A stretch of DNA of 38,435 nt. It comes from an uncultured bacterium. Its GTDB lineage: Bacteria; Zixibacteria; MSB-5A5; UBA10806. Below are positions 27,516 through 37,988 of the stretch, piece by piece. The first letter of the stretch is position 1. Each line of letters opens with the position of its first letter. The notes under the pieces are model-generated. The model was not told the origin of the DNA, did not search any database, and was given only the letters and a program-made list of their open reading frames with translations. Location: assembly GCA_965541585.1 (NCBI GenBank), contig CBEUCH010000023.1:1-38435 (forward strand). Direction: 5' to 3'. Made by a program: the position numbers and the translations under genes.

Positions 27516-29306
27516 TTATTTAATATATTTCTTGATAAAACTGGAATCCGGATTCAGCTTTGAGTACATAAGATATTTATCACTAATTGTAGTATCCGGA
27601 TTCATAACCTTCTTATCCACTAAGAATTGAATATATTGTTTATAAAAGGAATCGTAATAGGGATATCTTGCAATAGCCTTTTCCAAAACGAATTGTTGGA
27701 TATCTCCTCCCTTTAAATAATCACCATTCACATCATAGACCAGTCTCGATTTATCTTTCCATATCTCGCTCTTATTAATTTCTATACCGGAATTATTTTC
27801 AAAATACGTCAAAAGACTATCTCCTCGCAGAGTATTATTATCAAAGTATTTTTGAAATGAGCCATACCAATAAATTGTCTCATAATCATTTGGATTTATT
27901 TCATGACAATCACTAATAATCTTAAATGCGGTACTGAGAGAATTTTGATAATAGTGTATATAAAATAAGGTTTTGTAGCCGATTAATTGAAGAGGTTGAA
28001 TTTGGATAGACTTATTTAGGTTTTGAATGGCAGCCAATGTATCGTCGTTTATTAACTTCAACCTTGCGATAGAATTGTAAAGGCCAAAATTATCAGGCTG
28101 CATCTCTAATGCCTCTGAATACCATTGCAATGCACTTTCAAAATCTTTCATCCCTGTATAAATATCACCGATCCATTCTGTATATAAAGGCAAAAAGAAA
28201 GATTTATCCTCTGAATACAAGTATTCATAATGATAAAGAGCTTCTGTAAGCCTACCTGCAATTCTGTATTCAAACGCAAGGCTAGAATGAATATTGAAAT
28301 TAGAAGGGTCAATTTTCAACGCTTCTCTTAAAGTATCTATTTTTTTCTCTGCATTCTTTTCCTGTTCTGCGCGATAGAGTAACAGTTTAAGTTTCTTAGA
28401 AGATTCATGCTCTATCTCTTTTGCAGGTAAATAAAATAATCTAATTTCATTCTTGATAGTATTGATAAAAATCGGTTCTTGTTCTCTCTTAAACTTGTTT
28501 CGAGAATATTCAAGTGTTTGATTTCGAGTATAATAAAATAGCTCTTGTGCCTCAATAATATTATTAAAATTATTATCAGTAAAGGATGAAATTGCCGCTA
28601 TGAGAAAATGTGTGAAAACGCCGTTTCGGAATTCATCTTCTTCAAAAGAAACCTGGTTCGGCTTACTAGCTGCGAGTAAAGCTGTGCCATCTCGGGGGAC
28701 TTCTCTTGAAATATCTTTTGAAAAATCATCTCCTGCTTCTACCTCGCCGCCTTTCATGCCTGGAAGTAAAATGCCTTTTTGCTTAGCTGCACCACCGCTA
28801 AAACAATTATCAAATATGATTAGAATATTGTTCGACTGTAGGTTCCCTATCCAATACGCGAATAGGTCGTCAACAATAAGCGAAGAATTATCATCTGTGG
28901 CATAATCGTAAGGAACTAAACATTCATCTAATGCATCATCTTCATCACCATCAGTATCGGGGATCCGAATGCCATGCCCGCTAAAGAAGATAATTACCAA
29001 GTCATTCTTTTTTGCAATAGTTTTTAGCCAACCCTCTATATTTTTTCTAATATTCTCTCTGGATGCTTGCTTATCTACCAATAGCTTAACATTCTCCTTG
29101 TTGAATTTACCATACTCAAGTAGAGAATTCCGAAAATCTTCGGCATCTTTTCTTGCATACTTCAGATTATTTGCGCTATTTTCATATGATGAGATCCCAA
29201 TGACCAGAGCATAGCGATCATTCACTGCTTTCCGATTATTTTCATATTGCGCATTTATGACGCTATTAAGGAAGAATACGAAAATAAGAATAATCGACGT
29301 TTTCAT
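27516..29306 (-). CDS. Secreted caspase-family (peptidase C14) protease with C-terminal TPR repeats
   Basis: Signal peptide, YALVIGIS.Y, FFSGHG and IFDNCFSG catalytic dyad, NGVFTHFL, TPRs (ALKIDPS, ALEMQPD, SIQIQPL). Visibly AT-rich. Confidence 0.9.
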   Translation of the reverse strand: MKTSIILIFVFFLNSVINAQYENNRKAVNDRYALVIGISSYENSANNLKYARKDAEDFRNSLLEYGKFNKENVKLLVDKQASRENIRKNIEGWLKTIAKKNDLVIIFFSGHGIRIPDTDGDEDDALDECLVPYDYATDDNSSLIVDDLFAYWIGNLQSNNILIIFDNCFSGGAAKQKGILLPGMKGGEVEAGDDFSKDISREVPRDGTALLAASKPNQVSFEEDEFRNGVFTHFLIAAISSFTDNNFNNIIEAQELFYYTRNQTLEYSRNKFKREQEPIFINTIKNEIRLFYLPAKEIEHESSKKLKLLLYRAEQEKNAEKKIDTLREALKIDPSNFNIHSSLAFEYRIAGRLTEALYHYEYLYSEDKSFFLPLYTEWIGDIYTGMKDFESALQWYSEALEMQPDNFGLYNSIARLKLINDDTLAAIQNLNKSIQIQPLQLIGYKTLFYIHYYQNSLSTAFKIISDCHEINPNDYETIYWYGSFQKYFDNNTLRGDSLLTYFENNSGIEINKSEIWKDKSRLVYDVNGDYLKGGDIQQFVLEKAIARYPYYDSFYKQYIQFLVDKKVMNPDTTISDKYLMYSKLNPDSSFIKKYIK

Positions 29307-29533
29307 TTCTTTTCTCTCCCTCTTCTTTTGATAGCATAATTTGAGTACTTTTTTTCGTCAAATCCGGTATACCCTAAGTCGGAAGCTATATCTCAGTATT
29401 TCCGGACTACCGCCATAATAGAGTTTGTTCAAAACAGGCTCCTATTATTCCATACAACCCAAGGCTATCAAAATTATTATATGGGATTGAGGCGTGTTAT
29501 TCAAGCACAAATTATCAGGAAGGCGGGCGTTAT

Positions 29534-29596
29534 GGATTCCCAATCAGGTCCGTACGGCCATACGGCCCGTAGGGATCCGTATGGATCGGGAATGAC
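29534..29596. repeat. ATTCCC...GGGAATGAC palindromic element with a nested hairpin
   Basis: Outer GGATTCCCAATC and GATCGGGAATGAC enclose CATACGG-N11-CCGTATG. Confidence 0.6.
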
Positions 29597-29601
29597 AGGG
29601 G

Positions 29602-29627
29602 GTAGGGCGAGGTAACCTCGCCCCTAC
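29602..29627. repeat. GTAG-type REP-like palindrome, copy 1
   Basis: GTAGGGCGAGG-TAA-CCTCGCCCCTAC; near identical to 34636-34662. Confidence 0.8.
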
Positions 29628-29833
29628 GAGATGGTGATCTCTCCCTCCAGCACAATCACCGCCTGGCCGATCAGGTATATTCTATCGTCCCTGACGACCA
29701 GCTCCATTTCGCCGGCAATCGATTGTATGAGATGATCCGAAATGGCTTCATCGAGAACAGACACCCCCGCCGGATTGCCCCCGAAGGGGCGATCACAAAA
29801 AAAATCGACCTGAAATATCTTTAATCTTTTCAC
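29624..29833 (-). pseudogene. PhzF-family epimerase gene with a large in-frame internal deletion (69 codons left)
   Basis: GGGAGG RBS then GTG. PhzF N-terminus IFQVDFFCDRPFGGNPAGV is joined directly to the PhzF C-terminus DRIYLIGQAVIVLEGEI. Confidence 0.75.
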
Positions 29834-29922
29834 CGATAACCTCCCTTGCTTTTCAGCCATGAATATATGGTGCCATCGTAGCACTGGCATTAAGGATACG
29901 GCTTTCAACCGAAAAATGTTCC

Positions 29923-29951
29923 TTGACAGTGATAATGATAATGACTTACTT
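29923..29951 (+). promoter_or_regulatory. Promoter with overlapping Fur-box-like site
   Basis: TTGACA at 29923. GATAATGATAATGACTTAC at 29931-29949 matches 15 of 19 positions of GATAATGATAATCATTATC. Confidence 0.45.
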
Positions 29952-29959
29952 GATACGGT

Positions 29960-30397
29960 ATGATTTCACGGCTGATTACGATAGTCAGGGTATTACTGAT
30001 TCTGGCCCTGGCTGGAATTCTGGGTTGTTCGGATAGCGGGAATGGCCCCAGCGGTACGCCTGTCCTGCTTGACGGAGAAATAACTATTACGAACAATGCC
30101 GAGGTCACTATCAGGTTGGTTGAATTCACTCAGAAACGCGGCGATCTTGAATACAACGGCGATATGAATGTCAGGGTTTATTCCAGTGTAAGTTACAGCC
30201 TGAAAAACAGACTCGATCCCGGCGAATCGGCTGTTTTCCCCGGGGGCGATCGGGTCTGGGTTAAATTCGTTTCCAATGCCCCTGATCCCGGTAATCCGGA
30301 ACTTCCCCTGTTTGAAAACACCGTCGCCCTGACTGTCAACGGCAATGCTTTGATCATCGTTAAGTCGGGCGGTGATTACAACGTGGGGCCTGGATAA
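29960..30397 (+). CDS. Hypothetical lipoprotein, beta-rich
   Basis: Signal peptide with lipobox ILGC followed by a Ser/Gly linker; own terminator. Confidence 0.75.
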   Translation: MISRLITIVRVLLILALAGILGCSDSGNGPSGTPVLLDGEITITNNAEVTIRLVEFTQKRGDLEYNGDMNVRVYSSVSYSLKNRLDPGESAVFPGGDRVWVKFVSNAPDPGNPELPLFENTVALTVNGNALIIVKSGGDYNVGPG

Positions 30398-30420
30398 CCA
30401 CAGATCGAGTTTCCCGCCCC

Positions 30421-30443
30421 GGAGCCACCGGCTCCTTTTTTTT
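30421..30443 (+). terminator. Rho-independent terminator
   Basis: GGAGCC-ACC-GGCTCC followed by T8. Confidence 0.8.
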
Positions 30444-30452
30444 ATACCGTTA

Positions 30453-30481
30453 TTGCGTATTTCCAATACAGATATTATATT
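30453..30481 (+). promoter_or_regulatory. Sigma70-type promoter for the mutase small subunit operon
   Basis: TTGCGT-N17-TATATT. Confidence 0.5.
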
Positions 30482-30527
30482 CACAGCCCGTATGGCGGCA
30501 AACAATTTTAGGGGATAAGAGGCGATT

Positions 30528-30947
30528 ATGGAGCGAAAGTATCGGATCTTGTTGGCCAAACCGGGCCTGGACGGCCATGACCGGGGCATTAAGGTAATCG
30601 CCGCCGGTTTACGTGACGCCGGATTTGAAGTTATTTATACCGGTTTGCGACAGACACCGGAGCAGATTGTGACCGCCGCGATTCAGGAGGATGTCGACGC
30701 CGTGGGACTTTCAATATTATCCGGCGCTCACATGACTTTATTTCCAATGATACTGGACGGCCTGAAAAAGCAAGGGGCGTCGCATGTTCTCTTTTTTGGG
30801 GGCGGTATTATTGCCGACAGTGACATCGGGAAATTAAAAGAGATGGGGGTCGGCGAGATCTTTACGCCGGGGGCTACTACCCGGGATATCATCGAATATC
30901 TAAATAAAGCCCTGCCGAAACTGAAGAAGGACGAAAAGATCATTTGA
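30528..30947 (+). CDS. Cobalamin-binding small subunit of acyl-CoA mutase (IcmB-like)
   Basis: [10 protein letters not shown] (DxHxxG), [18 protein letters not shown]. Confidence 0.93.
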   Translation: MERKYRILLAKPGLDGHDRGIKVIAAGLRDAGFEVIYTGLRQTPEQIVTAAIQEDVDAVGLSILSGAHMTLFPMILDGLKKQGASHVLFFGGGIIADSDIGKLKEMGVGEIFTPGATTRDIIEYLNKALPKLKKDEKII

Positions 30948-30985
30948 GAACGATGTTTAACCTGAAATATATGAGGTGAGGGAGT

Positions 30986-32164
30986 ATGTTTCGTTACAAT
31001 GTTGATGAGTGCCAGCAGCCCATCAGGGATAGGGTCGCGGAATTCGCAAAAAAGCATATCGAGCCGATAGCTAAAGAACTCGACCATCGCGATGATCCTG
31101 ATCGATTCGCCATGGATATTTACAGGATTCTCGGCAAAGAGGGTTATATAGGCATGAGAATGCCGAAAGAGTATGGCGGTAGTGGCGTATCTGCTCTGGA
31201 ATACACTACTCTTGTGGAAGAGCTTTGTTTTCATGATCCTCCCATATGTCTTCTGGGCTCCGTGGCGGAGCTGGCAACGTACCCCATATACACCTTTGGT
31301 TCGGAGAAACAGAAGAAGAAATATGTTCCCAGATGTGCCTCGGGTGAATGGGTTCCGGCTTTCGCTTTGACTGAGCCTGACGCCGGATCCGATGCGATCA
31401 ATCAGAAAACCACAGCCGTTCTCGAGGGCGATGAATATGTCATTAACGGCGAGAAGATATTTATCATGCATGGCGATGTGGCTGATGTGATTGTACTTTT
31501 TCTCAGGGTGACAGGTGTGAAAGAAGATGAGAAAGCCTCCAGAAGAATTTCGGCTATTATTGTGGAGACAAAGGAAAACGGCAAACCGATTCCGGGATTC
31601 AAGGCCGCAACGCTCAAAAAGAAAATGGGAATGAGAGCCGCCACCACCGGTCGGCTCTGGTTCGACAATGTCCGCGTGCCAAAAGAGAATTTGCTCGGCG
31701 AAATCGGGAAGGGTTTCAAGATAGCAATGAATACGCTCGATGGCGCTCGAGTAGGCGTCGCCGCCCAGGGACTGGGAATCGCCGAAAGAGCATTCCACGA
31801 AGCCGTCGGATATGCCAAGAAAAGAATCTGTTTCGGCTCCCCCATTGCCAGGCTCCAGGCTATTCAGTGGATGATTGCGGATATGGCAACCAGGATCGAA
31901 GCTGCCCGCCTCTTAACATATAAAGCCGCTCAGCTTCAGGATAAAGGAGAGAAGTTTACAATCGAGGCATCTCATGCAAAATTGTATTGTTCTGAAGTCG
32001 CCGGGTTCTGTGTCGATCGGGCTATGCAGATTCACGCCGGCTATGGCTATATCGGAGAGTTCTCGATAATTGAAAAACTTTATCGTGACCAGCGTATCAT
32101 GGAAGTTTACGAAGGTACCTCTGAGATTCAAAGGCTGGTGATTGCCGGAAGCTATCTGAGATGA
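30986..32164 (+). CDS. Acyl-CoA dehydrogenase (short/branched-chain type)
   Basis: FALTEPDAGSD, NGEKIFI, KMGMRA, LDGARVGVAAQ, YEGTSEIQRLVIA. Confidence 0.95.
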   Translation: MFRYNVDECQQPIRDRVAEFAKKHIEPIAKELDHRDDPDRFAMDIYRILGKEGYIGMRMPKEYGGSGVSALEYTTLVEELCFHDPPICLLGSVAELATYPIYTFGSEKQKKKYVPRCASGEWVPAFALTEPDAGSDAINQKTTAVLEGDEYVINGEKIFIMHGDVADVIVLFLRVTGVKEDEKASRRISAIIVETKENGKPIPGFKAATLKKKMGMRAATTGRLWFDNVRVPKENLLGEIGKGFKIAMNTLDGARVGVAAQGLGIAERAFHEAVGYAKKRICFGSPIARLQAIQWMIADMATRIEAARLLTYKAAQLQDKGEKFTIEASHAKLYCSEVAGFCVDRAMQIHAGYGYIGEFSIIEKLYRDQRIMEVYEGTSEIQRLVIAGSYLR

Positions 32165-32168
32165 CAAT

Positions 32169-33008
32169 ATGAAACTGGGCGATATCGAGCTTCAGTCGAT
32201 TCTCGAAAACCACTTTTTCCTCGATGGCGGCGCCATGTTCGGCGTTATTCCGAAAGTAATCTGGAACAGGCTATACGAATCGGACGAGAACAACCTGATC
32301 CGCCTCGATCTAAATCCGATGCTGATTCGAACCGGGAAAGAAAATATAGTTGTCGATACCGGATTCGGCGATGTCCTGAACGAAAAGGAACAAAAGATCT
32401 ATGCCCTCGGCGGCCAGACCAGATGGGACGACGAGCTTACCCAGAAAGGGCTGACATCCGATGATATAACGGCGGTAATCCTGACTCACGCTCATGCCGA
32501 CCACGCCATGGGCGCATTGCGTATGGGTAGGGACGGCAAGCCGGAACTCAGGTTCCCGAACGCAAAAATATATATCCAGAAACGGGAATGGCGAGATGCT
32601 ATGAACCCGGATGAACGCACCGCCGCCACCTACCTGGTACATAATCTGCGAATCTTCGAGGAATCGGGAAAACTGGAACTATTGGACGGTGATACGGACC
32701 TATTCAATGGCATTTCTGTCATGGTTGTGGGTGGGCATACGCCCGGGTCTCAGGCCATTATTGTTGATGGGGGCGGCCAGCGCGTCATTTATCCAGCCGA
32801 CATAATGCCATCATCAGCTCACATCAGGGTGCCCTACGTGGCGGCCGTGGATCTCGACCCAGCGACCACCATGGAGAGAAAACGATGGCTTCATGAGAAA
32901 ATGCTCAAGGACGACTGGATCATAGCCTTTGATCATGATATACGCCTGAAATTTGCGAAGTTCAAAGCAGGGGAGAAGGGGCGGATTGAGGCGATAAATG
33001 CCGCCTGA
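32169..33008 (+). CDS. Metallo-beta-lactamase-fold hydrolase (YtnP-like)
   Basis: LDGGAMFGVIPK, THAHADH, GHTPG, ADIMP, FDHD. Confidence 0.9.
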   Translation: MKLGDIELQSILENHFFLDGGAMFGVIPKVIWNRLYESDENNLIRLDLNPMLIRTGKENIVVDTGFGDVLNEKEQKIYALGGQTRWDDELTQKGLTSDDITAVILTHAHADHAMGALRMGRDGKPELRFPNAKIYIQKREWRDAMNPDERTAATYLVHNLRIFEESGKLELLDGDTDLFNGISVMVVGGHTPGSQAIIVDGGGQRVIYPADIMPSSAHIRVPYVAAVDLDPATTMERKRWLHEKMLKDDWIIAFDHDIRLKFAKFKAGEKGRIEAINAA

Positions 33009-33016
33009 AATCGGGA

Positions 33017-33046
33017 TTGACATAGTGGCATATGTAACCATATAAG
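33017..33046 (+). promoter_or_regulatory. Possible sigma70 promoter for the carboxyltransferase gene
   Basis: TTGACA-N18-TATAAG; AAGGAG RBS downstream. Confidence 0.4.
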
Positions 33047-33070
33047 AGTTAGCCACCAAGGAGCCATAAA

Positions 33071-34621
<1,551 letters not shown>

Positions 34622-34635
34622 GAATGCTATCCGAA

Positions 34636-34709
34636 GTAGGGGCGAGGTGACCTCGCCCCTACGGAATGTTAGAATGTTCCCGCTGGGGTTTGATTAATCA
34701 AACCCCTAC
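34636..34709. repeat. GTAG-type REP-like doublet
   Basis: Perfect GTAGGGGCGAGG-TGA-CCTCGCCCCTAC (34636-34662), then the perfect palindrome GGGGTTTGATTAATCAAACCCC followed by TAC (34685-34709). Confidence 0.8.
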
Positions 34710-34930
34710 AAACTCCATCCGGAGGTTCCGATCCGTATCATGGGATCAATATAGTGATGTTTTTATATCTACTGCAAGAAGTGATCAGACGGCCAATCCG
34801 GTTGCCGGAACTGTAAATCTGGTTCTCTCGCTTTTTCTTGACTAACTGTCGCCACGTGCCAATATTAGAATATGTGCTTGGTTGAGGCTTTTTTCGGTTC
34901 GGGGAGTAACGATCCAGAGAGGATAATTAG

Positions 34931-35431
34931 ATGAAAATCGAAGATATGAACCTTGAAGACGTCCTTGGGATGGCGGTTAAAACGGAGATCCAGGGGAGGA
35001 AATTTTACTCACAGCTCTCGGAAATGGTCACCCATCCGCAGGTGAAAAAGAAGATAACTTCCCTTGCCGAGGATGAAAAAAGACATGAGAGAATCATGGT
35101 GGATCTCTATCGAAAAACGCTCGGTAAGGAACCGAAGGATCTGCCCGAAAAAGGAATTCCCGATATAGTCGGGGCAATTTCTGCGATGAAGGTCGACGAT
35201 AAGTCGCAGTTGCTGCAGGTGCTCGATATGGCTATCGAGGCGGAACTGGTGGCTGCCAGATCCTATCAAAGAGGCGCAGCCCTGACCCAGGAATCGAAGA
35301 TCAGAAAGATATTCGAGCAACTGGAAAAAGAAGAAGACGGACATTATAATTTCCTGGTGGCGGAAAGATCGGCGCTGTCCGGGGATATGTACTGGTTTTC
35401 CACGGGCGAATCATCGATGATGGAGGAGTGA
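34931..35431 (+). CDS. Ferritin-like di-iron protein (rubrerythrin four-helix domain)
   Basis: AVKTE..GRKFY..EDEKRH and AIEAE..ARSY..EEDGH; GGAG RBS. Confidence 0.88.
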   Translation: MKIEDMNLEDVLGMAVKTEIQGRKFYSQLSEMVTHPQVKKKITSLAEDEKRHERIMVDLYRKTLGKEPKDLPEKGIPDIVGAISAMKVDDKSQLLQVLDMAIEAELVAARSYQRGAALTQESKIRKIFEQLEKEEDGHYNFLVAERSALSGDMYWFSTGESSMMEE

Positions 35432-35544
35432 TGAAGAAATGGATCTGTACTGTTTGTGGGCATATTCACGAGGGGGATGAGCCTCCCGATGTCTGTCCGG
35501 TCTGTGGCGCGCCCAAGAGCGATTTTAAGGAATATGAAGAGTGA
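35431..35544 (+). CDS. Stand-alone short rubredoxin-like protein, 37 aa (absent from the ORF track)
   Basis: [37 protein letters not shown] with two CxxC motifs; GGAGG RBS; TGATG overlap. Confidence 0.9.
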   Translation: MKKWICTVCGHIHEGDEPPDVCPVCGAPKSDFKEYEE

Positions 35545-35613
35545 TCATCGGCGAGGGCATTGCGGATCTGAATTCGATTGGTATTCAAAGAACATATTTG
35601 ATCAAAGGACACG

Positions 35614-35862
35614 ATGATGGCTGAGAAAGACAGGGGAGAAGGCGGATTTGATTTGAAGGTAGATAAGAACACTTCACCTGCCGAGGCGGCAAGGCTCGCT
35701 CTGCACCAGGAGCAGAGGGCCAGAAAGTTTTACGAGGATTGCGCTAGGGTAATGGAGCATCCGGCCGCGAAAAAGATGTTCGAGTTTCTTGCCGATGAAG
35801 AGAAAAAGCACGAGACGTTAATTCAAAAGGAAATAGACAACCACTTCCTGCAGGAGATGTAA
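35614..35862 (+). CDS. Half ferritin-like (two-helix) protein
   Basis: Single unit ALHQEQRARKFY...MFEFLADEEKKH; TAATG overlap with nadA. Confidence 0.8.
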   Translation: MMAEKDRGEGGFDLKVDKNTSPAEAARLALHQEQRARKFYEDCARVMEHPAAKKMFEFLADEEKKHETLIQKEIDNHFLQEM

Positions 35863-36953
35863 TGGGATTTGTTTCGGCGACTCTGCCGGACGAATACAGG
35901 ATTGCCGGCGATGACGAACTGATCGGGCGAATTCGCTTCAGGAAAAAACAGCTGGCCAACAATCTGCTCTTGTTGACGCATCATTACCAGAGAGTGGAAA
36001 TAGTGCGAATGGGCGATTTTGTTGGCGACTCTTATGGCCTTGCAAAAACAGCCGCCCGATCTCCGGACGCAGAATTTATTGTCTTCTGCGGCGTTCATTT
36101 TATGGCCGAATCTGCGGATATTCTCTGCAGTTCGGGGCAGAAGGTTTATCTGCCGAATTCCGAGGCGGGATGCCCGATGGCTGATATGGCCCCTGCAGAC
36201 CTGGTTTATGATGTTTGGGATGATATCGAAATGAAGCTCGGCAAAGGCCGGACAGTCCCCATATCTTATATGAATACGTCCGCCGATTTAAAAGCACTTA
36301 CGGGCAAGAAAGGGGGCTTAATCTGCACCTCTTCAAATGCTGTTGCCGCCTTCAGGTGGGCTTTTGATAAATTCGATAAGATATTCTTTTTCCCGGATCA
36401 ACATCTGGGGCGAAATACTGCCAATAAGCTGGGTATTTCCGGAGATCAGATAGTCCTCTTCGACCTGCAGGAAACCGACAAACTGCTTGATAAGAAACAA
36501 TTGGAAAAAGCTAAGGTTATCCTGTGGCCGGGGCACTGTTACGTGCATTCGAAATTCAAGCCGGAGCATATCGACTATTGGAGGAAAACCGACCGGTCGG
36601 TCAGGATAGTGGTCCATCCCGAATGCAGCGAGAAGGTTGTTGACAAGGCCGATGCTGTCGGCTCAACTTCTTTTATTGTGGACTATGTTGAAAAGGCGTC
36701 ATCGGGTTCGGCTATCGCCATCGGAACTGAGCTAAACCTCATTCACAGGTTGGCGATTACCAATAAGGACAAGAAGATATTCGAACTTTCAGGAGATTCC
36801 TGTCCTATGTGCGCCAACATGTTCAGAACGTCGCTGGCCGATCTATGCTTTACGCTCGAGAATCTCGAAAGAGCCAATTGTATCACTGTCCGGGATGATA
36901 TTAAAGCTGATGCCAGGATTGCACTGGAGCGTATGCTCGAGGTGGGAAAATAG
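35862..36953 (+). CDS. nadA: Quinolinate synthase
   Basis: HHYQR, VGDS, FCGVHFMAESA, AGCPMADM, YMNTSA, PDQHLG, GHCYVH, VHPEC, GTE, CANM. Confidence 0.96.
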   Translation: MGFVSATLPDEYRIAGDDELIGRIRFRKKQLANNLLLLTHHYQRVEIVRMGDFVGDSYGLAKTAARSPDAEFIVFCGVHFMAESADILCSSGQKVYLPNSEAGCPMADMAPADLVYDVWDDIEMKLGKGRTVPISYMNTSADLKALTGKKGGLICTSSNAVAAFRWAFDKFDKIFFFPDQHLGRNTANKLGISGDQIVLFDLQETDKLLDKKQLEKAKVILWPGHCYVHSKFKPEHIDYWRKTDRSVRIVVHPECSEKVVDKADAVGSTSFIVDYVEKASSGSAIAIGTELNLIHRLAITNKDKKIFELSGDSCPMCANMFRTSLADLCFTLENLERANCITVRDDIKADARIALERMLEVGK

Positions 36954-37358
36954 ATTTATCAAACAGCTCATACTTAAGAATAGCAGACCTCTTCCGCTAT
37001 CAGCAGAAAGACAGACGAATATTATATTAACATAACCTGATCTCTATTTTTTTCGGCGTGGATATTGTACGCGATTGAATCTAATCTTGCCTTGTTCATA
37101 AATCGGACATAAGCCGGATTTGAAATTAAAAAATCCGCAAAAATTGTTGGAGTAATCCATTAGATATCGACTCAGCCCCATACTTTTCTGCAATATTCAA
37201 GATCGTTTACCCCTCTTGGTTTTGGCAACCAATTGAGGGGCAACGCGTTAGGTTCGCCTTACAGAAATGAACAATTTGGCCGGATTTATGTATGTTTTAT
37301 GAACGTGAATTAAACAGAATGAATATTGACAAATAGAAATAGCTTCAAGGAGGTTCGC

Positions 37359-37904
37359 TTGAGTAAAAGGCTAAGGGGTTTTTCGCTGGTCGGTGGTCTG
37401 GTGTTCCTGGCAGCTGCATTTGTATTCCTAGGCTGCTCGAGCCAATCACCGATGGAGTCCAATCTTCCGCAGGTTACCAATCTTAGCAAGATGGACCTCG
37501 GAGGTAGATCGCTGGAGCCGGAAGAGGTTGAGTTGGATCAGGAACTCATAACGGCTGATGACGGCGGGGAGATTGAAATAGACCGTGGCGATTTCGTACA
37601 CGAGTTTGAAGTTGAAGCAGGCGCTATCAGCGAGGATGTCGAGATCACCGTCAAGACGTATCGCGATAAGATTGGTCTCAATGAGGTTATAGTTTTCGAA
37701 TTTGGCCCCGACGGTCTGGTGTTCGGAAAAGCGGCAACGCTGGAATTTCAGATTGCGGAGCTGAACGCCGCCGCACTATCGGCGAAGCTGTTTTACTTCG
37801 ATCCAGATCTCAAAAAATGGATTTATCAAGGTTCAAGTGTTGTCAATGGTGGCATAGCGGAGTTTGCTATTCATCATTTCAGCAAGTACGCCATTAGCGA
37901 TTGA
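37359..37904 (+). CDS. Hypothetical lipoprotein with ZU5-like beta domain
   Basis: AAGGAGG RBS then TTG 37359; lipobox FLGC; GG.I...AGAI...FEFGPDGLVF...IHHFSKYAI. Confidence 0.75.
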   Translation: MSKRLRGFSLVGGLVFLAAAFVFLGCSSQSPMESNLPQVTNLSKMDLGGRSLEPEEVELDQELITADDGGEIEIDRGDFVHEFEVEAGAISEDVEITVKTYRDKIGLNEVIVFEFGPDGLVFGKAATLEFQIAELNAAALSAKLFYFDPDLKKWIYQGSSVVNGGIAEFAIHHFSKYAISD

Positions 37905-37934
37905 GCAGTTATCCGGCAAATCTAATAGTCAGCG

Positions 37935-37970
37935 GAATAGGGCCGTTCGGGGGACGGCCCCATTCTTTAT
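37935..37970 (+). terminator. Probable intrinsic terminator
   Basis: GGCCGTT and GACGGCC stem followed by ATTCTTTAT. Confidence 0.55.
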
Positions 37971-37988
37971 GTTTAAAATTGCCCGAGG

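Noticed and set aside
21433..30527. Prophage or integrative element covering the RM and caspase genes
   Set aside because: No integrase, att repeats or phage genes, and core metabolic genes lie between them.
35429..35433. Selenocysteine or stop read-through fusing ferritin and rubredoxin
   Set aside because: The rubredoxin is in a different frame (TGATG overlap) and has its own RBS.
37222..37238. Sigma54 promoter at TTGGCAACCAATTGAG
   Set aside because: No GC at the required GG-N10-GC spacing.
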